NCBI RefSeq assembly: GCF_006345805.1
Contig: NC_042997.1
Coordinates: 24,242,001-24,306,000, forward strand
Direction: 5' to 3'
From: Octopus sinensis
Taxonomy: Eukaryota
DNA: 64,000 bases
Below the pieces are notes generated by a model. The model was not told where the DNA came from, did no database searches, and was given only the letters and a program-made list of their open reading frames with translations. This document shows positions 11,685 through 24,366 of the stretch, piece by piece. A program made the translations under genes and the position numbers. The first letter of the stretch is position 1; each line of letters starts with the position of its first letter.

Positions 11685-13020
11685 AGTTTTCTGTATTAGA
11701 CTAATACAGCCTCATAAGGAAAATGGATGATTAATTGTTATAGGATCATTAGTGGACGCGATAAATGATATGAATTTACGAAAAATTGTATTAGATAAAG
11801 GTTTCGGTGTGTCTAGTGTGTCAGTAAACAAGCATTCAATGTGGAATATTTGTTGTGGTGGGTGATGTTTTGTTTAACGACGTCTTCAGTTATGAAATGC
11901 TTTTCCTTTCCAACGAAGATAAGAAGGGACTTAATCGACGTATTACTTTATGATTTATGGCTAGTTGTTTACACATCATACAACATTCATACATCATATA
12001 ACACGTGTTTTCGTGTACGTTTTCTTTTGAAATTTATTTCTTCAATAAATCTATCTTATTTCTTTATCGTTGTTTTTTTTTTTTTTTTCATAAAAAGCGT
12101 TAAAAATGAAACGAGTTTAAACGTAACAACTTTGACTAAGGATTGGCGATATTTAAAACGATGTACTTTTTTCTTTTCTCTCCAGTAAACGATTTGGTGA
12201 AATCAAAGTAGGATATAAAAATAGAACAAAAGAATAAAAAAAAACTTATGGCATATTCCAGCTTTTAAATTAAATAAAAATATAAAGAAAAGAAGAGAAA
12301 AGAATAAATTTTCATATTAGAGCGCTTCTCTTTTCTGTTATCCCAATAAAAAAATAGAGTTTATTTGATATGAAAATAAAATATTATAAAACAGCATCAA
12401 ACTTAGACAAACAGACAATGCTCAAACATTAATTATTTTGAAAAGAATTAAAAAAAGCATTTGTTTTATTAATGTCAAAAGAAAGTTAATATTAATTAAA
12501 AAAACAAAACAACGCAAAACGTTTAAAACAATATACAGACTTTGATCATATAATGAACAAAAAATTAGTTTAACAAAAATGAATAAAAAAAAGATAAAGA
12601 AACTGCATACACTGAAAATCAAAATTCAAGAGAAACACCTTATTCCTATACAATGACAAGTCTACCGTTGACTGTAAAATTTTACATTTCTTATTGTCAA
12701 AAAGGTTGTATTTTTCTTCTTTAAGGGCCTCATTCACTCGATTTAGTTGATGTCAGCTCTTCACTGGGGACCTACTAGGCAGAAAGAAGTAGATGCGAAT
12801 TCGAATTCAACGGTTTATAAACCTAGAGCTTAAAGGGAAACATAAAATCACAAGAAAAATAGCTATTTTTCTCCTCTTTTTCTTCCTTCCCTCCCTCTCA
12901 CTTTGTACGCACACACACACACACATTGTCATTTGGCTAAATTTGGGCTAAATTACAGAAAACATTGTTTTGTTCATTATATGTATGTGTGTTGTGTGTA
13001 TATATATATATATATATATA

Positions 13021-13412
13021 TCTTTTACTTTCTCTTTTACTTGTTTCAGTCATTTGACTGTGGCCATGCTGGAGGTACCGTCTTTAGTCGATCAAATCGA
13101 CCCCAGGACTTATTCTTTTGACGAACCGCTAAGTTACAGGGACGTAAACACACCAGCATCGGTTGTCAAACGATGTTGGGGGGACAAATACAGACACACA
13201 AACATACACACACACACACATACACAAACACACATATATATATATACATATATACGACGTGCTTCTTTCAGTTTCCGTTTCCCAAATCCACTAACAAGGC
13301 TTTGGTCGGCCCGAGGCTATAGCAGAAGACACTTGCCCAAGGTACCACGCAGTCGGACTGAACCCGGAACCATGTGGTTGGCAAGCAAACTACTTACCAC
13401 ACAGCCACTCCT
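13021..13412 (-). mobile_element. SINE A (internal deletion)
   Basis: Head and tail present; part of the right module is missing. Confidence 0.9.
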
Positions 13413-13641
13413 ATACACATATATACAGCTGATGAAGGGGATTTTTCCTTGTGTAGTATGTGTTGTACTCTATTTTTCTGTGGTAAAAAAATGGTTTTTC
13501 CGTTTTCGTTTCTCGTTGAGTTCTACGTCTAGTTGTGGTGTCCTGTACTCACGGTTATATATTTATATATGCATGTATATATACATGTAGATGTTGGTAC
13601 GTACATATATGTTTGTATGTATGCATATATTTTATTTATTA

Positions 13642-13714
<73 letters not shown>

Positions 13715-14294
13715 CAGAGTGTATAAGTACACGAAGAGAAGACCATCGATGGGACTTCTTACATGCTAGAAGGGCAGTCACAACTGAAGCAACGAAAACA
13801 GAATCGTAAGGTACACATGTGGGCAATAGAATGAATACAAATTCAGTAAACCTTATACTCAGGAGTTTCCCTATTAATGATTTAATAAATGAATTAATCA
13901 ATTGATCAAAGCGCCCTCTGTAGCTCTTTTACGTTCGTGCCCTGTGACGCAGAAGGCAGAGAAATGTACCTAACTTTTATGAGGTGTATTGGATTTATTG
14001 ATGATAATCATTGTTTGATATTTATCGATTTATATGCATGTGTGTGTGTGTGTGTGGTGTGTGTGTGTGTGTGAGTATGTATGTGTGACTCACACATACG
14101 CACACACACACACATGTATATTTACTTAAATATCTCTTGATTCAGCAGAAGCAATAAATTACAAGACTCAGTATATATGTCGAGTATTTTTTAATTTACC
14201 TGAACCGAAATGCTCTAAATGCCAGTAGTCAGAGTTACTCGTTTTTCGATCATCAGCTGATACACACACACAGATACACACACACACACACACA

Positions 14295-14306
14295 CACGTA
14301 TGCATG

Positions 14307-14337
<31 letters not shown>

Positions 14338-14905
14338 GTATGTATGTATGTATGTATGTATGTGTGTGTATGTATGCATGTATGTATGTATGTATGTATG
14401 TATGTGTGTATGTATGTATGTGTGTTGTGTATGTATGTATGTATGTATGTATGTATGTATGTGTGTAGTATGTATGTGTATGTATGTATTTATGTATGTA
14501 TGTAGTATGTGTATGTATGTATGTATGTATGTATGTGGTGTATGTATGTATGTATGTGTGTTTTGTATGTATGTATGTATGTATGTGTGTGTATGCGTAT
14601 GTATGTGTAGTATGTATATATCTGTGTAGTATGTAGGTTGTGTGTGTGTGTATGTATGTATGTATGTGGTGTGTATGTCTGTATGTATGTATGTGTGTGT
14701 ATATATGTATGTATGTATGTATGTATGTAGGTATGTTTATGTATGTATGTATGTATGTATGTGTATGTAGTATGTATGTATGTTGTGTATGTATGTATGT
14801 GTATGTATGTGTGTATGTATGTATGTGTTGTATGTATGTAGTATGTATGTATGGATGTATGTGTATGTTGTGGGTGTATGTATGTATGTATGTATGTATG
14901 TATGA
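14295..14905. repeat. Degenerate (TATG)n/(TG)n compound microsatellite, about 600 bp
   Basis: Direct reading. It accounts for ORFs 14168-15001, 14300-14629 and 14640-14924. Confidence 0.95.
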
Positions 14906-15559
14906 TTGCGATCTGTATTTGTAATCACTTTCCCCGCGTCCTAAGTTTTCTACTAATAAATGCGATTTGAACAACTTCGTACTTTTCACGATACAACACA
15001 TATCAAAAACATATTTCAGCTTTCTTGTGTCAGCTTATTCCGACAGCTTTCCACGTCACGTCGTAACGAAACATTTTAGAAAATTTTGACAGCTCTCCTG
15101 CGTCGTGCATTTTTTTCCATTCACAGCATGGCATCCTTTTTTTCTGTATAGAAGTCCATATATTTACCAGCCAAATACAGTTTATTCTTTATGACCCTTC
15201 TAACGTGACGCAATAAATTTGCCTCTTATCTCCAGATTTCGTTCCTCTCATCAGTGTCTCTTGTTATTTTTCATTTAAAAACCACAACTTTCTCTCTCAT
15301 ACACGCAAGCACTCATAAGCTCACATATCTTAGTCTTATTGCTTGTACTCTCCATGGGACGACTAAAAAGGAGAGATCACTACGCAGGCCGGTCAGTGAG
15401 ACCTGCTACTGTACGGCTTCTAGGCTGGGCTCGGTACATTATAGTTACTTAAAGATGGAGTTGATTAATATCAAAGATTACTACACACTTTCGAATATAT
15501 TTTTGACGTTAATAAACAGGTAAAGAAATTAACTATATGATTGTATCATAGGAAAGTAT

Positions 15560-15960
15560 GAAGTATTGAAAATTGCCTTTGGGAGAAGTATGTGTCAGTG
15601 TGGAGCAGACTGTACTTGTAATTTTTTGTCATTTTTAACGTTATATGCACCGTTTAAAGGAACATTTGTCTTTCTCCTTTTGATAGGAATGTTCATATGA
15701 CAATTTTGTATAGTATGAATATAACAATGAGGCGTTAGTTTTGTTGGGGTCAGGGGTGGAGTAAGGCATCATTTCAATAAGTTGCTTCTTTCATCATTTG
15801 TCGGTATATTTCCCGAATCCTCGAGTGAGTTCCCATTTCAGATAGGCACTCACTCATCTAGACTGTCCTGCTCCAGAGCTTGGCATGCATTTGAAAATAG
15901 AGATTGTTGTCCTGTATAATTTCAAATTTAGGTTTATTCTAATGTGTTAAAGTTTAAGAA
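15560..15960 (-). pseudogene. Heavily decayed PLE linker/GIY-YIG-proximal region
   Basis: The frameshifted translation KEKDKC/PLNGAYNVKN resembles the PLE CxCxKKxxCPLNGxC motif. Multiple stops. Confidence 0.35.
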
Positions 15961-16097
15961 TTGGAGGAAAGCTACCATAGTTTCGGTTATACATTTACGT
16001 TTCAGTGAGCATACAAACGTGCGCATATACATACACAGATATAAAACAGACTGCCTGAGAGTGTTTATAAGATATAGTAGAATTGCATCAACTTACT

Positions 16098-16140
<43 letters not shown>

Positions 16141-16350
16141 GTGTGTGTGTGTGTGTGTGTGTGTATACTCAATATAAAATATTGTACATTTAAACACAAG
16201 AGAAGTTCCTTTAACATGCAGATTTACACGCTAGAAGAAGCAGTCAAAACGACCAAAACCACATTTAAGACCAATTCGAGGGGAACGAAAAACTGGGTAT
16301 CTAAACCCCTTGTTATAGTTGAAGACCCCCTAAAAATAATTTGCTACCCT

Positions 16351-16383
<33 letters not shown>

Positions 16384-16418
16384 TATTATATATATTTGTT
16401 AGTATATACATACACACG

Positions 16419-16451
<33 letters not shown>

Positions 16452-16609
16452 GTATATATGCGTACGTATATGTATGTGTATATATATTGTATATATGTAT
16501 ATATATGCGATCTAAAGTTTCGCAAGTCTCTTTGTAAATTCGTGGTTCGTTCAAGTTTAGGTAACCGAATAGAGACGTACAAGATTTCAAGAGGTAGAGG
16601 AAGAACGTA

Positions 16610-16647
<38 letters not shown>

Positions 16648-16954
16648 TGTGTCTTACATATTAAGTTTATAATTGCAAGACAAATAATCAATAATTTGTG
16701 TCAAGGTGGTGTTTACCGTGTATCTAATAAACCTATATTATAGTTGAAGACACCTCAGAAAATGGGGAGGGGGCGCCACGCCGAAAATGGTAAGAGATTA
16801 GGGGCTGATACCAGACGTGGTTCCTCCTGATGATGTCCTTAGCCACTGGATCGTATAAAGGAGCTGCTGAGGTAGCGAACTATGTAAGTCTAACCATAAA
16901 AATGTCTTATAAGCAATCTTACATAGTTTGTTTTTAATATATAAGTGTACAAAG

Positions 16955-17385
16955 GCGGCTAACTGGCAGAAACATTAGCACGTTGGGCAAAATGCTTAGC
17001 GGTACTTCATCTGTCAAAGGGTGGTGAGCTGGCAGAATCGTTAGCACGCCGGGCTAAATGCGTAGCCGTATTTCGTCTGCCGTTACGTTCTGAGTTCAAA
17101 TCCCGCCGAGGTCGACTTTGCCTTTCATCTTTCGGGGTCGATAAATTAAGTACCATTTATGCATTGGGGTCGATATAATCGACTTAATCAGTTTGTCTGT
17201 CCTTGTTTGTCCTCTCTGTGTTTAGCCCCTTGTGGCTAGTAAAGAAATAGGTATTTGCTCTGTCTTTACGTTCTGCGTTCACATTCCGGTGAGGTCGACT
17301 TTGCCTTTCACCGTTCGGTGTCGAATAATTAAGTACCAGTTGCGAACGGAGATCAATATAATCGACTGCCCACTTCCCACCCTCA
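16955..17385 (+). mobile_element. SINE B cluster: partial head, full copy (17018-17254), headless unit
   Basis: Repeated GCTGGCAGAA and GTCGACTTTGCCTTTCA motifs. Confidence 0.85.
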
Positions 17386-17587
17386 CCAACGACAGAAGTA
17401 AATATCTCTGGCAAGTTAAAACGAAGTTCAAAGGAATGCTATCTATTTGCGCCGCTCATTTCTTACAATGTATTAACGTCTTTTATGCACCTTTAAAACC
17501 TCTTCACCTTCTCGTTTGCTATATTAATGAAATACTTGATGAAAAATTATAAACATCTGCTTTGAATGTTAACGTCATTGCTTTTGT

Positions 17588-17809
17588 ATACTCTTTACTC
17601 TTTTACTCTTTTACTTGTTTCAGTCATTTGACTGCGGCCATGCTGGAGCACCGCCTTTAGTTGAGCAAATCGACCCCGGGACTTATTCTTTGTAAGCCCA
17701 GTACTTATTCTATCGGTCTCTTTGGCCGAACCGCTAAGTGACGGGGATGTAAACACACCAGCATCGGTTGTCAAGCAATGCTAGGGGGACAAACACAGAC
17801 ACACAAACT

Positions 17810-17847
<38 letters not shown>

Positions 17848-18019
17848 CATATATACGACAGGCTTCTTTCAGTTTCCGTCTACTAAATCCACTAACAAGG
17901 CATTAGTCGGCCCGGGGCTATAGCAGAAGACACTTGCCCAATATGCCACGCAGTGGGACTGAACCCGGAACCATGTGGTTGATTAGCAAGCTACTTACCA
18001 CACAGCCAATCCTGCGCCT
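17588..18019 (-). mobile_element. SINE A, full length
   Basis: Nearly identical to 256-682. Confidence 0.92.
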
Positions 18020-18062
18020 GTATCAAGTTAAAACAATTTACTTGGTTCCAGCAAATGGGTTA

Positions 18063-19201
18063 TATATCGTTGCGTCTTAGATCTAGCTCTTGCTTACATA
18101 GAGTCAATGCACTGGTCAAGAACTATTCTCAGTCATATCAAAAGTTTTCGTCCAACACGCCTAGTAACTTTATATGGAAATTGCTATTTTCTCAGCTCTG
18201 CATAATAATTAAAGGATCTAACTAGTTTTCGTTCTAAGCCTCCTAACCGATTGTTATTTATTATTGACCTAGCCCTTTCTCACTTGAAGTGCTCACCAGT
18301 CTGATTTCTGCGAATATTCTGGCCAATGGGGTACTTCTCGAAGTTTTCTACTTATATTGATCGCACTTATCCTGAATCCTTCTCTGTGTAACCAAATCTG
18401 AAGTGGAGGCGCAATGGCCCAGTGGTTAGGGCAGCGGACTCGCAGTCATAGGATCGCGGTTTCGATTCCCAGACCGGGCGTTGTGAGTGTTTATTGAGCG
18501 AAAACACCTAAAGCTCCACGTGGCTCCGGCAGGGATGGTGGATCCCTGCTGTACTCTTTCACCACAACTTTCTCTCACTCTTACTTCCTCCTGTTTCTGT
18601 TGTACCTGTATTTCAAAGGCCGGCCTTGTTACTCTCTGTGTCACGCTGAATATCCCCGAGAACTACGTTAAGGGTACACGTGTCTGTGGAGTGCTCAGCC
18701 ACTTACCGTTAATTTCACGAGCAGACTGTTCCGTTGATTCGGATCAACCGGAACCCTCGTCGTTGTAACCGACGGAGTGCTTCCATCCAACCAAGTCTGA
18801 GGAAAGTGAGCCATTGACGGAACCTAATTAAGTCTCATGAACTACTATGAATAACATCTTCCCGCTTTAATCACCCTTCATCGTTTTTCAGCCATGATTG
18901 AGTTGATAAGTATTTGGTGTTTGCAATGTTCTACTATGTTGGCAGTATGTTATTAAGATTGTTGTCAGTCTGATTGTATATTACCATAGGTTAGAAAACA
19001 TATCTAAAATTTTCTGTTATTACTCTATGAGATTAAGCTAGCTCTGCTTTGTTTGAGCCATTTCAGTGTAGTTAGATCCTTTAATTATGATGTAGAACTG
19101 AGAAAATAGCAATTTCCATATAAAGTTACTATAAAGTTCGTGTTGGACGAAAAGCTTTTGATATGACTGAGAATATGACTAGATCTAAGACGCAACAATA
19201 T
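18063..19201. mobile_element. Fold-back element with 130-160 bp inverted arms (18063-18224 and 19069-19201), probably PLE-derived, interrupted by a SINE C
   Basis: TAT(C/T)GTTGCGTCTTAGATCTAG...TATTCTCAGTCATATCAAAAG..TTTTCGTCCAACACG...GTAACTTTATATGGAAATTGCTATTTTCTCAG is present in both orientations. Both ends lie in TA repeats. Confidence 0.8.
18403..18788 (+). mobile_element. SINE C head with tail type 1
   Basis: The TSD AACCAA(A/G)TCTGA lies at 18390-18401 and 18789-18800. The tail is shared with the SINE D at 44410-44574. Confidence 0.88.
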
Positions 19202-19202
19202 A

Positions 19203-19260
<58 letters not shown>

Positions 19261-19299
19261 TATGGATATTCTTGAAAAGAGTTAATGAGTTCTGTCCCA

Positions 19300-20250
19300 T
19301 ATTTTAATAATTAGCACTTCATTTTCCGGTGATTTGCAGTCTTTTTTCTATTCGATTGAATCTAAGTTTATTCTAAAGTTGTTATTTCTTCAAAGAATTA
19401 TTCTGGCACAGTGTTTCTTGCGTTTAGTACATTTCTTCGGGACGGTCTATCTGTTTCATACATTTATCATCAAATTATCTTTCGTGTTTGAGAGTTTGTA
19501 TAGTATACTTTGATTTTGGTTAGTTCTTTGTAAAATCGTTTTGGATTGCAGACGAACTGTTTGCTTTGTTCAAAGTGTTGAGGGGATATATTGACAGATT
19601 CTTCGTGGTATATTGGGATCTCCTGATTAAAACATTCTTTGATTTCGGGCACTTTTTGTGACTTTATATTTTTCGAGTATTTTTCTCTTTTCTTTTGTGT
19701 TTTTTCATGACAATCTCATCAAAGATTGAGAACTTCTTTGTTCTCTATCTTTATCTTCATGTTGTTTTTCAAGGTTGCTTACTTTTATTAAAATGTTGCT
19801 ATGTGAGAAATTTTGTGGAACTACTTACATTTCTTTGTATTTATTTGACTACCGTGGCTGCATAGTTATGTTGATTTTTATTTCCTTGCGATGTTCATGT
19901 TTGTATCTTCATGTTTCCATTATCGATTGCGTGCTTCTTTCTCCTTGTGTTTCTTTTTACCGCTGTTGCTATTTTATCTTTCGTTCCTCTAAAGGAAGAC
20001 ATATTGTTTTTTTAATTTTTAATTATTTTCTCTTTAGATTAGCGGAATTTTCAAACTGTTAAACTTGGTATCTTTGTACCCTTAAATCTATGTCATACAC
20101 AAATATGTTCATATTCTCGCTCGTGTATTTCTAATTTCGCTATTTTTGAGGTGATAATCTCTCAGCACGGTAGGATATTAAGAGATTTGTCGTTTCATAT
20201 TTGAATTTCTTGCGCTCGGTCAACCATTTTAATTTATTTTCTTAGTGTTT
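19300..20250 (-). pseudogene. Decayed R4/Dong-type non-LTR retrotransposon ORF (pre-RT region)
   Basis: ILEKYKVT / VPEIKECFNQEI...FEQSKQFVCNPKRFYKELT ... CKSP resembles the R4/Dong LxKYKI..PEIKExLKQ..QNKxFxxNPKKFYREL...WKSPG region. The boundaries are rough. Confidence 0.6.
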
Positions 20251-20839
20251 ATATTTTTAACCATTTGACTTCCGTTGTTTCTATTCAAAAGATGTATTCT
20301 TTCTTTTTAACGCTTCATTTCTATACTTGACATCTACTTGGTTTCAGATATGTATCTGTTTATGCTTAGCATATCTATGGCCATAAACTATTTACGAACC
20401 TTGGAGATGTATCCCTCTGGTATAAATTTCTGTCTGTTTTATTTTATTTGCGGTTCCTAAAAAACAATGTATGGTTAGTTCTGTTCGCTTACAATTTCAG
20501 TAATCATTAATTCTTAACGTTTTGCCGAATGATACAATAAAATTTGTATTGATTCAGTGTTTATGAATAAATTTGCCATGAATTAATTCGATTATTACCC
20601 TATGAATGTTTTAACATATGGAAGTTAAAGCCGATTAGAGCCGTCGTTGGCAATACATGTTTTCATTCTATCACTTAGAATGGAAAAACAAAATTAATGA
20701 TGAAGGCATTTCAGCTCAGGACGTAAATGAACGGAGTAAATAACAGACACATGTTATCTGATTCCATTTGAAGTCACTCATATCATTGCCCGAAAAAATG
20801 AGGTAAATTTGTCTTTTTTAAATAATAATAATATAAAAC

Positions 20840-20915
<76 letters not shown>

Positions 20916-21026
20916 CAGTACGCTTCTTTGTCCTAGGTATCTGGAAGGCACTCGGCAAGAAATGGAAACAGAATTGAAAGAAGATGCTAATGAAAATAAT
21001 GATGATAATAATAATAATGATTTCGA

Positions 21027-21190
21027 GGGGATTAAGTCGAATATATTGGCGTCAGTGTTTCACTGGTACTCAATTCATCGACTCCGAAAGGATAAAGCAA
21101 AGACGACATCGGCGGAATTTGAACTGAGAACGTAGGGACGGCCGAAATACCGCTAAGCATTTCGTACCCACGATTCTGCCAGCTCGCCGC

Positions 21191-21191
<1 letters not shown>
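21027..21191 (-). mobile_element. SINE B, 3'-partial
   Basis: Head and B box are present on the minus strand. Confidence 0.8.
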
Positions 21192-21286
<95 letters not shown>

Positions 21287-21289
<3 letters not shown>

Positions 21290-21590
21290 TACAAAGACCT
21301 GGAAATAGAGGTAACCAGAATGTGGAATCTAAAAACAGAAACAATTCCTATCATAGTAGGTGCATTAGGCATAATAAAAAAATATTCAGACAAATACATA
21401 ACAAAAACACCAGGACTTACAAACACATATAACATACAGAAAATTGCACTACTAGGCACTGCACACATCCTACGCAGAACACTTTCCATACAATAACCAT
21501 CAGAGCATCACAACAAATCACAGCACACACCCAAGGCACACAGAGCTGCGCTCGGTAGTGAAGTGAAACACGCTATAAAAATAAAACTAC

Positions 21591-21592
<2 letters not shown>
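21287..21592 (+). mobile_element. 5'-truncated R4/Dong-type LINE: end of restriction-like endonuclease ORF plus 3' UTR, in (TAA)n
   Basis: The stretch 21287-21496 is open: KYKDLEIEVTRMWNLKTETIPIIVGALGIIKKYSDKYITKTPGLTNTYNIQKIALLGTAHILRRTLSIQ*. (TAA)n lies on both sides. A second copy is at 54729-54945. Confidence 0.85.
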
Positions 21593-21663
<71 letters not shown>

Positions 21664-21862
21664 CAACAATAATAATACTAAAACGATAATATTCATGCAC
21701 ATATGTTCAACACGTTGCTGGTGAAACTGATGATGATGCTGATGAAAACAAACAAAAACGACGATCATGTGATGATAGTGATAATGTTGCTGATGACGAA
21801 ACGTGTGCATAAATATAATATCGATCCTCGTGAAGTAAAAAAAGAATATAATAATAATAATG

Positions 21863-21926
<64 letters not shown>

Positions 21927-21943
21927 TAATAATAATAATAATG

Positions 21944-21996
<53 letters not shown>

Positions 21997-22001
21997 TAAT
22001 G

Positions 22002-22040
<39 letters not shown>

Positions 22041-22075
22041 TAATAATAATAATAATAATAATAATGATAATAATA

Positions 22076-22107
<32 letters not shown>

Positions 22108-22174
22108 TAATAATAATAATGATAATAATAATATAATAATAATAATAATAATAATAATGATAATAATAATAATG

Positions 22175-22220
<46 letters not shown>

Positions 22221-22287
22221 TAATAATAATAATAATAATAATAATATAATAATAATAATAATAATAATAATGATAATAATAATAATG

Positions 22288-22344
<57 letters not shown>

Positions 22345-22494
22345 TCAATAATAATAACACGAGCAACAACAATAATAATAATAGCAACAACAAAAATAAT
22401 GATAATAATAATAATAATAATGATGATGATAATAATAATAATAATAATGATGATGATAATAATGATAATAATAACAATAATAATAGTAATAATA

Positions 22495-22573
<79 letters not shown>

Positions 22574-22590
22574 CATTATTATTATCATCA
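21593..22590. repeat. (AAT)n/(GAT)n compound array, about 1 kb, ending in inverted (ATT)n
   Basis: Direct reading. It accounts for the poly-Ile/Leu/Asn/Tyr ORFs. Confidence 0.95.
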
Positions 22591-22608
22591 TCATGTATAT
22601 GGATATGG

Positions 22609-22671
<63 letters not shown>

Positions 22672-22697
22672 ATCTATCTATATCTATCTATCTATCT

Positions 22698-23084
22698 ACC
22701 CAGAAATCGAAAACAGAGAGTTGCTTATTTGCCAAAAAAAAAAAAAAAAAATATAAATGTGACTTCATTGACCGAGGTTACCGTGGTCTTTTCCGCAGGC
22801 TTTCTTTCACGGGTAAACCTCACCTGTCCTCCCTTTACATTCATATTGACATTTCTGTGATAACGATCCCTATTGATCATTTTTTTTTTTCTCCCCCACC
22901 TTTTTTTTTTTTTTTTTTTTTTTAACCCCCCCTATTTTTGTCCTCTTTCTCACCTTTTACGATCCCTTTTGATCGAACCTCCCCCTTCTTTTTTTTTTTT
23001 TTTTTTTTTTTTAATACCTTCAAAGAAAAGCTCTACCTGTAATTTGTTCTATCTGTGTGCAGCCCTGTGTGGCTAATAAAGAAA
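22698..23084 (+). mobile_element. 3' end of a LINE-like element embedded in (TATC)n (possibly Tx1 clade)
   Basis: Homologous to 59726-60206 (AGGTTACCGTGGTCTTTT..., GATCCCTATTGATC, CTTTTACGATCCCTTTT, GAAAAGCTCTACC...GCAGCCCTGTGTGGC.AATAAAGAAA). Both copies are flanked by TATC repeats. The clade assignment is an inference. Confidence 0.7.
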
Positions 23085-23183
23085 CATATCTATCTATCTA
23101 CCTATCTATCTATCTATCTATCTATCTAACTATCTATCTATCTGTCTATCTGTCTGTCTATCTATCTATCTGCCTCATTCTGC

Positions 23184-23256
<73 letters not shown>

Positions 23257-24059
23257 TATGTGTACACGCACACACAATCACACACACATACACACACTCA
23301 TATATAAACTCAAAAGATAAAGAAGATTGTGAAATACCGTGTTAATGAGTAAAATGAAGATTCATAACTTCATAAATAATAGAAACAATGAATAAATTTA
23401 GATATATTTGATTTTTTTATAAGCATTAATATTTGAATTTTTACTTTATGCATTTTAAAATGAACTATTATTAATATAGGTGCTTTTGTTTTGGCTTTCG
23501 GGAGATAATTATCCCCGATAACTAGATTAATTAAAGAAGAGAGTTTTGTAAGGTTTGATTACACTGATAACTGTAATAGAGCCTCTTGAATTTAACGAAT
23601 AGCAATATATATATATACAAGACCACACAAAGAGCTTGAAGAATCAAAGTTCCTAATAAGTGGAGATTTGAAACACAAACACAGAATTTTCGCCCTCCCG
23701 CTTAAAGTGAATAAGTAAAATAATCTACAAAAAATAATCAAATCTGAAAGATCGACTATTCTTTAAATCTACAGGATCGTATATCTATGGAAAAAGAAAG
23801 GACAACTAAGATAAATCTTTTCTTTTACCACAAAGGCAACCAGAACTAACTAATATATTACCAGAGTCAACTAAAATAAACATATCTACCGTTGTAAATC
23901 TTGCTAGGAGTTGCTCATTGATGTGTGTTTGTGTAAGAATACACATCTACACACACACACACACACATACACACATACACACACACATACACACACGCCA
24001 CACGTGTACATAAACATATTCATATTAATGGAAATACACACTCACAAAAAAGACTCTCT

Positions 24060-24072
24060 CCATATATATATA

Positions 24073-24121
<49 letters not shown>

Positions 24122-24122
24122 T

Positions 24123-24154
<32 letters not shown>

Positions 24155-24162
24155 AATATATA

Positions 24163-24207
<45 letters not shown>

Positions 24208-24312
24208 TATATATAATTATATATATATGTATGTATACATATATATATACATATGCATACATACATATAAATTATATATGTATATATATATATCATGTGC
24301 ATGTACATACAG

Positions 24313-24366
<54 letters not shown>

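Noticed and set aside
18403-18480. tRNA-like sequences at SINE heads
   Set aside because: They have A/B boxes but no complete cloverleaf with an acceptor stem, and they continue into SINE bodies with TSDs.
21790-21805. CTGATGACGAAACGTG, both hammerhead boxes adjacent
   Set aside because: There is no helix II, the triplet GUG is not NUH, and it lies in decayed GAT repeats.
21707-22594. Longest ORFs (also 14168-15001, 24042-24917, 38339-39046, 46310-46855)
   Set aside because: They are translations of AAT, TATG and TA/CA microsatellites that lack stops in some frames.
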